From Akkermansiaceae bacterium (GTDB taxonomy: Bacteria; Verrucomicrobiota; Verrucomicrobiia; Verrucomicrobiales; Akkermansiaceae), in NCBI GenBank assembly GCA_031389115.1, contig JANMSI010000135.1, positions 18,758 through 82,757 on the forward strand: a stretch of DNA of 64,000 nt, in the 5' to 3' direction. Below, piece after piece: positions 10,301 through 18,603 of the stretch (within the stretch, counting starts at the first letter, position 1; every line of letters starts with the position of its first letter). The notes under the pieces are model-generated. The model made no database searches. It was not told where the DNA came from and worked only from the letters and a program-made list of their open reading frames with translations. The translations under genes were made by a program, and so were the position numbers.

Positions 10301-10837
10301 GTGGATCTCGACGTAGGTGTTTTCCTTGCCGTAAATGTCCACAATTTCTATTAGAGTTTCACGGGCCTTGTCCTCATCGCCGGCGCGCAGCCACTCGTTG
10401 ACCGGTCCGGAAATGCAGCCTGTTAGACAGATGATGCCCCTGGAATATTGCCGCAGCGTCTCGCGGTCCACGCGGGGTTTGCCGTAGTATAGCCCTTCCA
10501 GATTTCCCTTCGAAACGAGCTTGCTGAGATTGGTCCAGCCCTCGTTGTTTTCGGCCAGCAAGGTCATGTGCGTCGCCCGCTTGCGGCCGACCACCTCGCG
10601 CTTGTCCTCCATCGATCCCGGGGCGAGGTAAATTTCGCAGCCGAGGATCGGTTTCACCCCGGCCTTGTGGCAATCCTGATAAAATTTGATCGCGCCGTAG
10701 AGGTTGCCGTGGTCGGTCATCGCCACCGCCGGCATTCCCAGTTCCTTGGCCCGCTTGGCCAGATCCTTGGTGCGGATCATGCCGTCGAGCAGGGAAAATT
10801 CGGTATGCAGGTGAAGGTGGACGAAGGAGTCGGACAT
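7361..10837 (-). CDS. dnaE: DNA polymerase III alpha subunit (start moved to ATG at 10837)
   Basis: FVHLHLHTEFSLLDG PHP domain, GRGSAAGS, PDVDIDF, KMDFLGL, GYGFNKSHS, C-terminal OB fold. Confidence 0.97.
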   Translation of the reverse strand: MSDSFVHLHLHTEFSLLDGMIRTKDLAKRAKELGMPAVAMTDHGNLYGAIKFYQDCHKAGVKPILGCEIYLAPGSMEDKREVVGRKRATHMTLLAENNEGWTNLSKLVSKGNLEGLYYGKPRVDRETLRQYSRGIICLTGCISGPVNEWLRAGDEDKARETLIEIVDIYGKENTYVEIHNHGLEPQRLVTPSLLKFAKEMDLKVVAANDVHFLNKFDHEAHDVMICIGTGHLVIDENRMHYTPEVYFKTAEQMREIFADVPGACDMTLEIAERCNVTLKLDPASSEKYPQFGTPDGSPREEYLMKVCRDGLVKRYGAERAQDPEIADRLKYEVDTINQLGFASYFLITADFIQWARDNDIPVGPGRGSAAGSLASYAMGITDICPMRFGLLFERFLNPERVSPPDVDIDFCQSRRVEVIDYVRKKYGERSVSHIITYGKLGAKSVLRDVCRVMGISYGEGDRIAKMIEAKPDIKLKDEYESKPELKELIESSSTYQQLWSYATKLEGLARNVGVHAAGVVIGDRPLDEHVPLTRGNEGEVVTQYDMKAITDVGLLKMDFLGLKNLTVIHEAVQHIRRHKPEFAIESVLLDDWKTFELLNRGETMGVFQLESGGMVETCRKYAIEKIDDIIDLLAVYRPGAMQFIDQMLDVKKGRKRAMYEHPLLEKVCGDTFGVMIYQEQVQNAAKLLAGYSLGGADLLRRAMGKKDPVEMEKQRAKFVEGAEATNNIGKKLADQIFDKIAMFAGYGFNKSHSACYGHISYWTAYLKANHPVEFMAALLSNEIHNTDKIGVFVSECHRMGLEILPPDLNASQLRFSPEVTLNGSKGIRYGLAAIKNCGEGAMAIAIQDREKNGRFTSLDDFASRLDSKVVNKRILENLAKAGALDWTGDTRAGMSARLEQVVASASSAQRDRASGQVSMFDSMDFAAPAAQTKSSRAEPSVEEWSKDERLAHEKELLGFYVTGHPLDKFRSVIDSSKYRRLGLMDDLDLSNPRERFPFAGMVRSLDAKITKTGKPFGVLVLEDFTGSAEIMLWGETFVPARDAGLLEPGKIIRLKGNVQVDDRTGGRRITGYELGELKPGRSAATGKGPLELMLWTTRHSDRDLIEIKLALGNHPGTTPVLLHFQNSAGRRITVAAGESFNVKRDEDLEESLGRWLEE

Positions 10838-10888
10838 CGGGCGGCGCGACATTATCCAGCCAATAGCGGAGGGCAAGCGGGAGGTAGC

Positions 10889-11091
10889 TCACGGGCAAAT
10901 CAGCTTCACTTTGGGAAAATACGTCCGGTAGCGGGCAGCATCGCGGGTCAGCAAAACCAATCCTTCCGCCTCGGCATGGGCACCGATGAAAAAATCGGGA
11001 TCAGGCGCGCAAGCTGCCCGCTCGACCAGGAAAACCAAACGGCATCCTGTGCCGCGATATCCAGCAGGACGCTGGTATCCACCAAAACCAT
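10889..11091 (-). pseudogene. VapC/PIN toxin pseudogene (internal deletion plus frameshift)
   Basis: ATG at 11091 gives the PIN N-terminus MVLVDTSVLLDIAAQDAVWFSWSSGQL; another frame carries the PIN C-terminus PDFFIGAHAEAEGLVLLTRDAARYRTYFPKVKLICP; the middle is missing. Confidence 0.8.
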
Positions 11092-11094
11092 CGG

Positions 11095-11223
11095 TCAACC
11101 CTCCCCCCGGGTGATTACCATGATTTCGTCCGTGGTCATCCCCGGTTTCGCCGAGCCCGCAGCCTTGGCCAACCAGTGGTCGAAGGCGCTGGTCGCCTTC
11201 CGCGCAGTTTTTCGCGGCTTCAT
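11095..11223 (-). pseudogene. Truncated antitoxin remnant, C-terminal half of an AbrB/MazE-like partner
   Basis: MKPRKTARKATSAFDHWLAKAAGSAKPGMTTDEIMVITRGEG* ends 3 nt before the PIN ATG; the TTDEIM..TRGE tail is typical of AbrB-type vapB genes; an in-frame stop at 11254-11256 removes any N-terminal DNA-binding domain. Confidence 0.6.
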
Positions 11224-11289
11224 CTGCAAAACTCCCTCGGTAAGTATTACCAGTCAGTTAGGCCGAACCAGCCGATCCTGACTCCCAAG

Positions 11290-11320
11290 TTGACAACTTG
11301 GCCAGTTTGGCCAAGTTGTC
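11290..11320 (+). promoter_or_regulatory. TA promoter/operator: TTGACA overlapping a perfect 13-bp inverted repeat
   Basis: GACAACTTGGCCA-gtt-TGGCCAAGTTGTC (11292-11320), 4 nt before the antitoxin ATG. Confidence 0.8.
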
Positions 11321-11324
11321 CTTT

Positions 11325-11561
11325 ATGAAATCCGTGACCATTGCCGAGTTCAAACGAAACCTGCCCGCCCTGCTCGGCGAAGTGGCCAGGGGAGCCAGCA
11401 TCGTCGTGCAAAAGGGCCGCAGCCGTGAGAATGTCGCGATCCTAGCACCTTTTTCAACCGCCCCGGGAGAACCCCGCCAGCTCGGGCTGCTGGCCGAACG
11501 CGGCAAGCCGGTTTTCAAAAACTGGGACATGAACGAAAACGACTTCCTCGCCTCTCGCTGA
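11325..11561 (+). CDS. Phd/YefM-family antitoxin
   Basis: MKSVTIAEFKRNLPALLGEVARGASIVV...VAILAP fits the Phd pattern; start set to ATG 11325. Confidence 0.85.
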   Translation: MKSVTIAEFKRNLPALLGEVARGASIVVQKGRSRENVAILAPFSTAPGEPRQLGLLAERGKPVFKNWDMNENDFLASR

Positions 11562-11562
11562 C

Positions 11563-11964
11563 ATGGCCTGGATGCTCGACACCCACGCCTTGCTCTGGGC
11601 CCTGTTCGAACCAGACAAGCTCGGGCGGAAGGCCGGGACCATCCTCAGAGACCAGTCGAACGAGGTGCGCGTCAGTCCGGTCAGCTACTGGGAAATCAGT
11701 TTGAAATACGGACTCGGCAAGCTTGTGCTGCCGAGCACCGATCCCGCGGAAATTCCCGCTGCGGCGCTTCAACTTGGTTTGCTTGAAAAGCCGCTTGCTA
11801 CGGAAATCCTCGCAACGATTCATCACCTTCCCTATGCGCCGGACCGCCGCGACCCATTTGATCGTCTGCTAGTCTGGCAAGCCATCCGCGGCAAGCGCAC
11901 GCTCCTGAGCCGCGACCGCTCCATGCCATTTTTCAAAGCCCATGGTTTGAAATCCGAGTGGTAG
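11563..11964 (+). CDS. VapC-family PIN toxin, apparently intact
   Basis: LDTHALLW, SYWEISLK, DPFDRLL and LSRD: the acidic catalytic residues are present. Confidence 0.92.
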   Translation: MAWMLDTHALLWALFEPDKLGRKAGTILRDQSNEVRVSPVSYWEISLKYGLGKLVLPSTDPAEIPAAALQLGLLEKPLATEILATIHHLPYAPDRRDPFDRLLVWQAIRGKRTLLSRDRSMPFFKAHGLKSEW

Positions 11965-12044
11965 CACGGGATCGCTTTCATCGTCCCCGCAAGGCGGCGA
12001 ATCAACTGACTAGTCCCGGCACAAGCGCCGGGACTCATTGAGTT

Positions 12045-13421
12045 TCACCACCCCGTCCGCCCCTCCCTCTTCACAAACTGCGCGGCCTGCGGGCAGTTGG
12101 GCGAGCGCATGTTCGGCCCGTCCCACTCCATTTTCACGCCTTCGCCGGTTTTGAGGGCGATGCAGCCCAGCAGGATGATTTCGGTTAGGTAGCCGGAGAT
12201 CTCGAAGTTCGAGTAGGCGGGGGTGCCGTCCTTGATCATATCGATCCATTCCTGCTGGTGGCCGGGCGAGCGCGGGATGGATTGCGACACGGCCTTGGCG
12301 GCCTCATGGGTGTTGCCGTCGGTGAAGGATTTCTCGCCGTCCAGTTGGACAAAAAACTTTGAGCCGTAGTCGTCCGGCGAGAAGAGCTGGCCTTTATCGC
12401 CGATTACCAGGCAGCCGCTGTCGGGCAGTTTACCGTCCATGTTGACGACGGCATTGACGAGATTCGGGTAGGGGCGGAGGGGTTTGAAATCCGCTCCCGG
12501 CGCACCGTCGTACCACCAGAACTTGAGCGGGGGCAGCCCTTCGCGTTCCGGAAACTCGAAGCGGATGCGCGACGAAAGCGGATAGGTTTCAGGAAACAAG
12601 CGCGACGCCATCTCGCACTCGACGACGGTCGGGTAGCCAAGTTTGAGGGCGCGGAAGGGCATGTTGACGGTGTGGCAGGCCATGTCGCCCAAGGCTCCGG
12701 TGCCGAAGTCCATCCAGCCGCGCCAGGCGAAGGTATGATAGGCGGCTTCCACGTAGGGCCGTTGTTTGGCCGGGCCGAGCCAGAGGTCCCAATTGAGTTC
12801 GGCGGGCACGGGACTTTCGCCCGGCGGCCGGTCGATGCCTTGCGGCCAGACCGGGCGGTTCGACCAGACGTGGAGTTCGAGCGGTTTGCCGATGACCCCG
12901 GACTGGATGACTTCGACAGCGCGCCGCAGGCCGTCTTCGGCGCTGCCCTGATTGCCCATCTGGGTGGCCAGTTTCTTCTCGGCGGCCACCCGGCGGAGTT
13001 CGCGGGCTTCGAAGACCGTCTGGGTGAGGGGCTTCTGGCAGTAAACGTGCTTGCCCAGTTGCATCGCCGCCATGGCCGCCATGCCGTGCAGGTGGTCCGG
13101 GGTGGAAATGGTCACCGCGTCGATCGACTCGCCCATTTCCTCAAGCATCTTGCGGAAGTCGGCGAACTTCCGGGCTTCGGGATATTTCGCGGCCTTCTTG
13201 TCGATCATGCGCGAATCGACATCGCAAAGCGCGACGATCTGGCCGCCGCAGTCGGCAGCACGATCCACGTCGCCATCGCCCTGGCCGCCGACGCCGATAC
13301 CGGCAACATTGATCCGGCTGTTGAGGTTTTGTCCTCGGACGATGGCGGGAAATCCGAGCAGAAGTGCGCCGGTGCCGAGGCCGGTCTGCTGGAGGAAATG
13401 GCGGCGATTGAGCGATGACAT
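12045..13421 (-). CDS. Gfo/Idh/MocA oxidoreductase with Tat signal (start moved to 13421)
   Basis: MSSLNRRHFL twin-arginine signal, GIGVGGQG, STPDHLH, HVYCQKP, GDMACH. Confidence 0.9.
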   Translation of the reverse strand: MSSLNRRHFLQQTGLGTGALLLGFPAIVRGQNLNSRINVAGIGVGGQGDGDVDRAADCGGQIVALCDVDSRMIDKKAAKYPEARKFADFRKMLEEMGESIDAVTISTPDHLHGMAAMAAMQLGKHVYCQKPLTQTVFEARELRRVAAEKKLATQMGNQGSAEDGLRRAVEVIQSGVIGKPLELHVWSNRPVWPQGIDRPPGESPVPAELNWDLWLGPAKQRPYVEAAYHTFAWRGWMDFGTGALGDMACHTVNMPFRALKLGYPTVVECEMASRLFPETYPLSSRIRFEFPEREGLPPLKFWWYDGAPGADFKPLRPYPNLVNAVVNMDGKLPDSGCLVIGDKGQLFSPDDYGSKFFVQLDGEKSFTDGNTHEAAKAVSQSIPRSPGHQQEWIDMIKDGTPAYSNFEISGYLTEIILLGCIALKTGEGVKMEWDGPNMRSPNCPQAAQFVKREGRTGW

Positions 13422-13557
13422 GGGTTTTTGGGTTGGGTTGGAATCGTTCCCGGACACGAAATTGGCCGGGGCGTGACGATCCGATACGGCCCATGAGGCC
13501 GGGCTCTGTCTTGCGGGGTTCCCGCGCTGGCGAACCCTGAGAATCGAGGACGGAACG

Positions 13558-14760
13558 TTACGGATCGAAGGAAAGGCCGAGTTGCTCTCGCAACAACGCC
13601 AGCAGGTTTTCCAAGCTGTTGAACTTCCCGACGCTGACATTTTTGCCGACCATGAGCTGGGGCAACTGCATGCTTCCAGCGCGTTTGCCGTTGGTTTTAA
13701 ACAAGGCGAAATTGATGGCGAGCTGGCTTTTTCCCCAAGCTCCCGCAAGGCAGCTATTGAGGGCCGGAACCCCGATCAGACGCTCCGCTTGTTGGCGGGC
13801 TTCTGAAATCGAGGGCGGGTGATCCGACTCGAACAACCCCGAATTAAAGCCGGGGAATGCGTTCGGCGCTGTTTCCCACACCGCTAAGGCGAGCCGGGCG
13901 TATTGGCAGGCGTTGCGGTTCTCGCTTGCCGTCATCCGGACGAGCGCATTGCAGCTAGAGTCCAGCGGCACGGGGAGCATGATGACGGCCAATTGTCCTT
14001 TGGAACGCTGACGCGCTTGGTCGAGCATGCCGTGTAGGCTGCGGCAATGATGGCAGGTGTAGTCGAACAAGCTCACGATGACATGTGGAGCGTCGGCTGA
14101 GCCCAGGCGCGGGACTTCGTTCAAGTCCAACTGAAACAGTCCGTCATAAAGCGAAAGGGTGCGGCTGGCTGGCGACTCCGCAACCGATGGCGGCGGCATC
14201 GGGCTTACGCGGTTCGTAGGCTTGACTCGTAGGAATTGACCGCCGATCAGGAGTGCGATGGCCGTCAAGCTGGCGAGGAAATGAATCCCTCTCGGACTGG
14301 TCCTCAATGAACGACGGGCGTTGCCAATGAGAAGCAGCGCTCCCATGACGGCCGTGAGGTGGGCAGTCAGGCAAATGCCGCAGAACGCCCGGATTACCAG
14401 TCCTTGAAGCATCACGAACCACACCGCCGCTGCGATGACGACAATCGCCAACGGGGTTGCCCATGTTTGTGGCGCTCGGCTGCGACGGGCAAGTTGGCAA
14501 AACGCGGCGTAGCCAAGAAGCAGGTAGGCTCCTAGCGCGGGCAAACTGACCGGAATGCCAAGCCAATAGGCCCATCGGCTCTGGAGGACGCGACTGCATG
14601 AAGACTCCACGCCACAGCCAGCGAGCGCGCCGCCATGAAGCGCCACCCATGCCAGATAGCCGGCAAGACACACCGCCACCACGAACAGAGCGGCCGATAC
14701 CTGTAAACGAAGCCGGCCCGCCCGTTCTCTTGCCGGTTCGTGGGTGTTCGGGTTTACCAT
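13558..14760 (-). CDS. VKOR (vitamin K epoxide reductase) plus DsbA-like thioredoxin fusion
   Basis: CGVESSCSRVLQSRWAYWLGIPVS and FCGICLTAH (VKOR); GSADAP...FDYTCHHC (DsbA-like CxxC). Confidence 0.88.
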   Translation of the reverse strand: MVNPNTHEPARERAGRLRLQVSAALFVVAVCLAGYLAWVALHGGALAGCGVESSCSRVLQSRWAYWLGIPVSLPALGAYLLLGYAAFCQLARRSRAPQTWATPLAIVVIAAAVWFVMLQGLVIRAFCGICLTAHLTAVMGALLLIGNARRSLRTSPRGIHFLASLTAIALLIGGQFLRVKPTNRVSPMPPPSVAESPASRTLSLYDGLFQLDLNEVPRLGSADAPHVIVSLFDYTCHHCRSLHGMLDQARQRSKGQLAVIMLPVPLDSSCNALVRMTASENRNACQYARLALAVWETAPNAFPGFNSGLFESDHPPSISEARQQAERLIGVPALNSCLAGAWGKSQLAINFALFKTNGKRAGSMQLPQLMVGKNVSVGKFNSLENLLALLREQLGLSFDP

Positions 14761-14787
14761 GGGAGCATGCACACGGTGCCGGGCGTG

Positions 14788-16674
14788 TTAGTTCGGCACC
14801 TTGCCCGCTTCCCTGACCATGTCAGCCGCTTGCTTGTATTCGGGAAAATTTTTCGAGAGCGCGATCGCACGCTTGAACGCGTCCAGTGCCTCGGGCTTCT
14901 GATTTTGCCGCCAATGGGCCATCCCCAGATGAAATAGAATGGAAGGATCCTTGGGTGACAGCTCTGCGGCTTTCCGCAGGAGCGCTGCCGCCGGGGCGAA
15001 CTCCCCGTGCAGGTAGGTGATCCAGCCGAGGGTATCCAGCAGTTGGCCGTTGCCGGGGACCAGGGAAACCGCGTGGCGCGCGTGGCGCAGCGCGTCATCG
15101 AATTTGCCCACGCGGGCGAGTGCCATCGCGTGGTTGTTGAGCGCCACGACGTGGTCGGGATTGGTGGCGAGCACTTCCTGATAGAGCGTGTTCGCTTGCG
15201 CATCGTCGTTGGATTGTGAATACAGCTCGGCGAGGAACAATTTGGACTCGGGTGTTGGCTGCTTTTCCACCATCAGGCGGGCAATTTCGATCGCTTGATC
15301 GCGCTGGCCACCTTTGTTGAGACTGATGGCCAGCGCCCGCTGAATCGCCAGGTTTTCCGGGCCAAGGGCAAGGGCGCTGGTGAGCCGGGCGATGGCCTCC
15401 GGGAAACGCTTCGCCTGATCGTAAAGCACACCGAGCCGGAAGGGCGGGAGCGAGTCGGCCGGGAAGCGCTTTGCAGATTCCTTGTAGGTTCTTTCCGCTG
15501 AAGCGACATCGCCGCTAGATTGATAAGCGGTCCCAAGCCGGTCCCGCGTGAGGGGATCGCCGACATTGGCGGTTACCAGCTTCTCAAAAATGGCGATCGC
15601 CTTCGGATAGTCTTTGGTCAGCAAATACACCTCGCCCATGCGTGAATCGATGACTGCGGTGTCGCTCCCCGCGGATTTTGCCTGGTTCAAGCTTGCGAGG
15701 GCACCTGGGAAATCGCCTGCCACGATCTGGGTTTCGGCAAGCTGGCTCCATGCCACGTCCCAGTTGGCCCTTTGAGAGATTGCCTGCTTGATCGACTCGA
15801 TGGACTTGGGGAGCTGATTGGTTTGTCTGAAAATGATCCCCAAGCCCAAGGAAACGCGTGCAGAGGGTGAGGCCGTGCCGGCCGCCTGATAGATCGCGAT
15901 CGCCTCGGTGAGGTTGCCCGCGCCAACGTAGGCCGCCGCCAGGAATTCCACCGCCGACTCGTTGGTGGGATTTTTCCTGACCGTTTCGCCTAGCAGGGCG
16001 ATCGTTTTCGGGAACTCCTTCCGTGCGTTGTAAAGGCGGGCTAAATTGACATTGACGCCATAGGTCCCCGGCGGCTGGTCACGGATTCCAGCCTCGAAAT
16101 GGGCCACCGCCTCATCGAGTTTGTCCTCCCGTTCGCTGACCAAGCCCAGTCCCTGATGACCCGCCGGCTCGTTGGCATGCCGATCAAGGATCATCTGGAA
16201 ATATTTCCGCGCCTGCGCGAGATCGCCACGGGTCAGATAGGCGTCTCCGATCTCCAGCAACGGAGCTATCTTATCCGGACCCAAACGCGAGGCGGTCAGC
16301 AGAGCCGCGATGCCCTGATCGAAATCTCCCAATCGAAGCTGGCAAGCCCCGACAAGTGCGAAGGCAATGTAAGATTTCGGCGCAGCGGCAGCGGCAGTCT
16401 GAGCGATGGCTAGAGATTCGGCGAATTCGCCCACGACATAATGTTTCAGCGCGACCTTAAGATCCTTGAGAACCGCCTCGTCTGCCGGGTTCGCATCTGC
16501 CTCCAATTGCGGCGCTAAATTAAAGTTCCCCTGCGGGCCGGCCGGAAGCGCAAACGCGCCGGAAAATCCTAAAATTCCCGCTATCAGCGCCGCGTGCAGA
16601 GGATGCATCACGGCAGTTCTGGTAATTCCGGCAGCCACGGGCGAGGGACGGAGACGGAGGAGGGACGGTTTCAT
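14788..16674 (-). CDS. Exported TPR-repeat protein (PrsT-like); start uncertain, 16674 or 16608
   Basis: Signal-like LIAGILGFSGAFA followed by many TPR units; C-terminal LNNHA...LDTLGW...FHLGMA pattern. Confidence 0.82.
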   Translation of the reverse strand: MKPSLLRLRPSPVAAGITRTAVMHPLHAALIAGILGFSGAFALPAGPQGNFNLAPQLEADANPADEAVLKDLKVALKHYVVGEFAESLAIAQTAAAAAPKSYIAFALVGACQLRLGDFDQGIAALLTASRLGPDKIAPLLEIGDAYLTRGDLAQARKYFQMILDRHANEPAGHQGLGLVSEREDKLDEAVAHFEAGIRDQPPGTYGVNVNLARLYNARKEFPKTIALLGETVRKNPTNESAVEFLAAAYVGAGNLTEAIAIYQAAGTASPSARVSLGLGIIFRQTNQLPKSIESIKQAISQRANWDVAWSQLAETQIVAGDFPGALASLNQAKSAGSDTAVIDSRMGEVYLLTKDYPKAIAIFEKLVTANVGDPLTRDRLGTAYQSSGDVASAERTYKESAKRFPADSLPPFRLGVLYDQAKRFPEAIARLTSALALGPENLAIQRALAISLNKGGQRDQAIEIARLMVEKQPTPESKLFLAELYSQSNDDAQANTLYQEVLATNPDHVVALNNHAMALARVGKFDDALRHARHAVSLVPGNGQLLDTLGWITYLHGEFAPAAALLRKAAELSPKDPSILFHLGMAHWRQNQKPEALDAFKRAIALSKNFPEYKQAADMVREAGKVPN

Positions 16675-16791
16675 AATTTTCGGGGAGAGAATGTTTGGGG
16701 ACCATAAAAAAGTGCCCGGCTCGGTCTTAAAGACTCTGCCGGACACTCCACTTCTAATGACTTTAATTGCAAGCCTTGATTGGCACTGAGC

Positions 16792-17685
16792 TTAGCTCGC
16801 GAACGACATCCGATTGAGTCTCCGGCGAAGGAAGGCCATTCCTGGAAGGGCCATTCCGAGAAGCGCCACGGTCCAACCGGTATCTGGCACGCGGGTGGTA
16901 ACTCCGCCGCCGTCGATCTTGCCGTCCTTGAGGCCGATGGAGATGATTTCGGGAGCGCCGCTTGTTGTTGCGCGGGTTTCGAACACTGTGAACGCAGGGG
17001 CGATCGCCGTGAACCGGTTGTGGGTGGGGTTACCATTCACCATTCCATTGACGATGCCGATGGCAGCACCGGCTGCGGTCGGCGAAAATCCCGACGAACC
17101 GGAGATCGACACGCCAGTCGCGACGGCGGATGCCGGGAGGAATCCATAATAGGTTGGGTTAGTGGCACCGGAGTTGCCGTAGATGTCCATTCCGGCGTTG
17201 AATGCGGTGGCGATGTCACCGGCAACCGTGTTCAGGGCCGCTGAACCGGCGGACGTTAGCGAGCAGCCTCCGCACGAATCTTGGGACAGGACGACCAAGG
17301 CTCCGACCCCGCTGAGAATGGCAGCGCGGCTGGCAGGAGCCAGCGCGGCGAATGCTTGCGCGTCATAGAATGTGGTGGTGCCGTATCCCGCCGGGCTGGA
17401 GACAACCGAGCCGCTGGCTCCGCCTACGTAGGATCCTCCCGTGCTCCAACTGGCTCCACCGTTACCGGCGGTACCAATGACAGCGAGATTGTAGCTGGCG
17501 CTCGGGCCGCCGCTAAGATAGTTGAGAATTTTAATGTCGAAGCCGGCTTGGCCGCCGTGGAAGTCCACGTCGTGGCCGGTGAGGAAGATGTCGCCGGCCT
17601 GAGCGCTCGGGGCAAGCGCACCGCTGAAGCAAGCAATTGCCAGCAGCGAGGCGGGCAATCCAAGGGATTGTGTGATCGTTTTCAT
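16792..17685 (-). CDS. VPDSG-CTERM (PEP-CTERM variant) surface protein
   Basis: Signal peptide ending SAQA, Gly/Ser/Ala/Thr-rich body, C-terminal VPDTG-WTVALLGMALPGMAFL-RRR sorting signal. Confidence 0.88.
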   Translation of the reverse strand: MKTITQSLGLPASLLAIACFSGALAPSAQAGDIFLTGHDVDFHGGQAGFDIKILNYLSGGPSASYNLAVIGTAGNGGASWSTGGSYVGGASGSVVSSPAGYGTTTFYDAQAFAALAPASRAAILSGVGALVVLSQDSCGGCSLTSAGSAALNTVAGDIATAFNAGMDIYGNSGATNPTYYGFLPASAVATGVSISGSSGFSPTAAGAAIGIVNGMVNGNPTHNRFTAIAPAFTVFETRATTSGAPEIISIGLKDGKIDGGGVTTRVPDTGWTVALLGMALPGMAFLRRRLNRMSFAS

Positions 17686-17763
17686 GTTTGGTCGTTTTGG
17701 AGTGTGGATTTATTTTACGATTTATTGGGGGAGGCTACAGATTTGCAGCCCGCTGCTCCAGAC

Positions 17764-17780
17764 TGCATGATTCATGCCGA
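17764..17780 (-). promoter_or_regulatory. Putative sigma-54 (-24/-12) promoter of the VPDSG-CTERM gene
   Basis: Minus strand TCGGCATGAATCATGCA is GG-N10-GC, about 80 nt upstream of the ATG, within an AT-rich intergenic region. Confidence 0.6.
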
Positions 17781-17991
17781 ATTTTTTATTTCGATTGTAA
17801 AGCGCTTAACATTTGCAAGTTATGAATAAAAATGTTAGTGAGTCGGCCGACGACCCTTGCGGGAAGGCGCAAACTGTAAACCTGGCCGACACATTGAGAT
17901 GGGCGACAGCGCTTTCGCATTGCCGCCGGCCGTCCAGGTGTGGCGCAAGGGCTTGATAGCCCACCGGCTTTCGTGGCGTAGTCGGCGGACC

Positions 17992-18603
17992 ATGAAAAAA
18001 TTCATTTCAACAGTTGCCGTCATCGCCGCGCTGATCGTGCCGCTTTCCGCCGCCCCGACCGAGCCGGGCTTTGTTTCGTTGTTCGACGGGAAAACTTTGG
18101 ACGGCTGGAAGGTAAACGAAGCTCCCGAAGCTTTTTCCATCGAAGACGGAGCGATCAAGGCGAATGGCGACCGCTGCCATCTCTTCTACGATGGAAAGGT
18201 GAACGACGCGAAATTCAAGGACTTCGAGCTGCGGCTGGATGTAATGACCAAGAAGAACTCCAACGGCGGAGTTTTCATCCACACCGTATTCCAGAAAGAT
18301 GGCTGGCCTTCCGGCTACGAGGTCCAGGTTTGCAACAGCCAGGGCGATCCGCAGAAGTCGGGCGGACTCTATAACACCGTGAAAAACCTGGAACCCTTCG
18401 AGGACGACACTTGGATGAAGTATGTGATTTCGGTGAAGCGCGGCACGGTGAAGATCTCGGTAAACGGTAAGGAACTGGTGGACCACAAGCCTGAAGCCGG
18501 CGACAGCAAGCTTCTGCCAGACGGTGGGACGATCGCCTTCCAGGCGCACGACGGTGGCAGCACGACCCTTTACAAAAACATCCGGATCAAGGTTTTGAAG
18601 TAA
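17992..18603 (+). CDS. DUF1080 (3-keto-disaccharide hydrolase-like) exported protein (start moved to 17992)
   Basis: Signal peptide MKKFISTVAVIAALIVPLSA; LFDGKTLDGW, NSNGGVF, GYEVQ, IAFQAHD, YKNIRIK. Confidence 0.9.
   Translation: MKKFISTVAVIAALIVPLSAAPTEPGFVSLFDGKTLDGWKVNEAPEAFSIEDGAIKANGDRCHLFYDGKVNDAKFKDFELRLDVMTKKNSNGGVFIHTVFQKDGWPSGYEVQVCNSQGDPQKSGGLYNTVKNLEPFEDDTWMKYVISVKRGTVKISVNGKELVDHKPEAGDSKLLPDGGTIAFQAHDGGSTTLYKNIRIKVLK

Noticed and set aside
7361-10837. Possible intein or split in dnaE
   Set aside because: Length (1158 aa) and motif order are normal; no intein splice motifs were seen.
13422-13748. Long N-terminal extension on the Gfo/Idh/MocA ORF
   Set aside because: It overlaps the VKOR gene; the Tat signal begins at ATG 13421.
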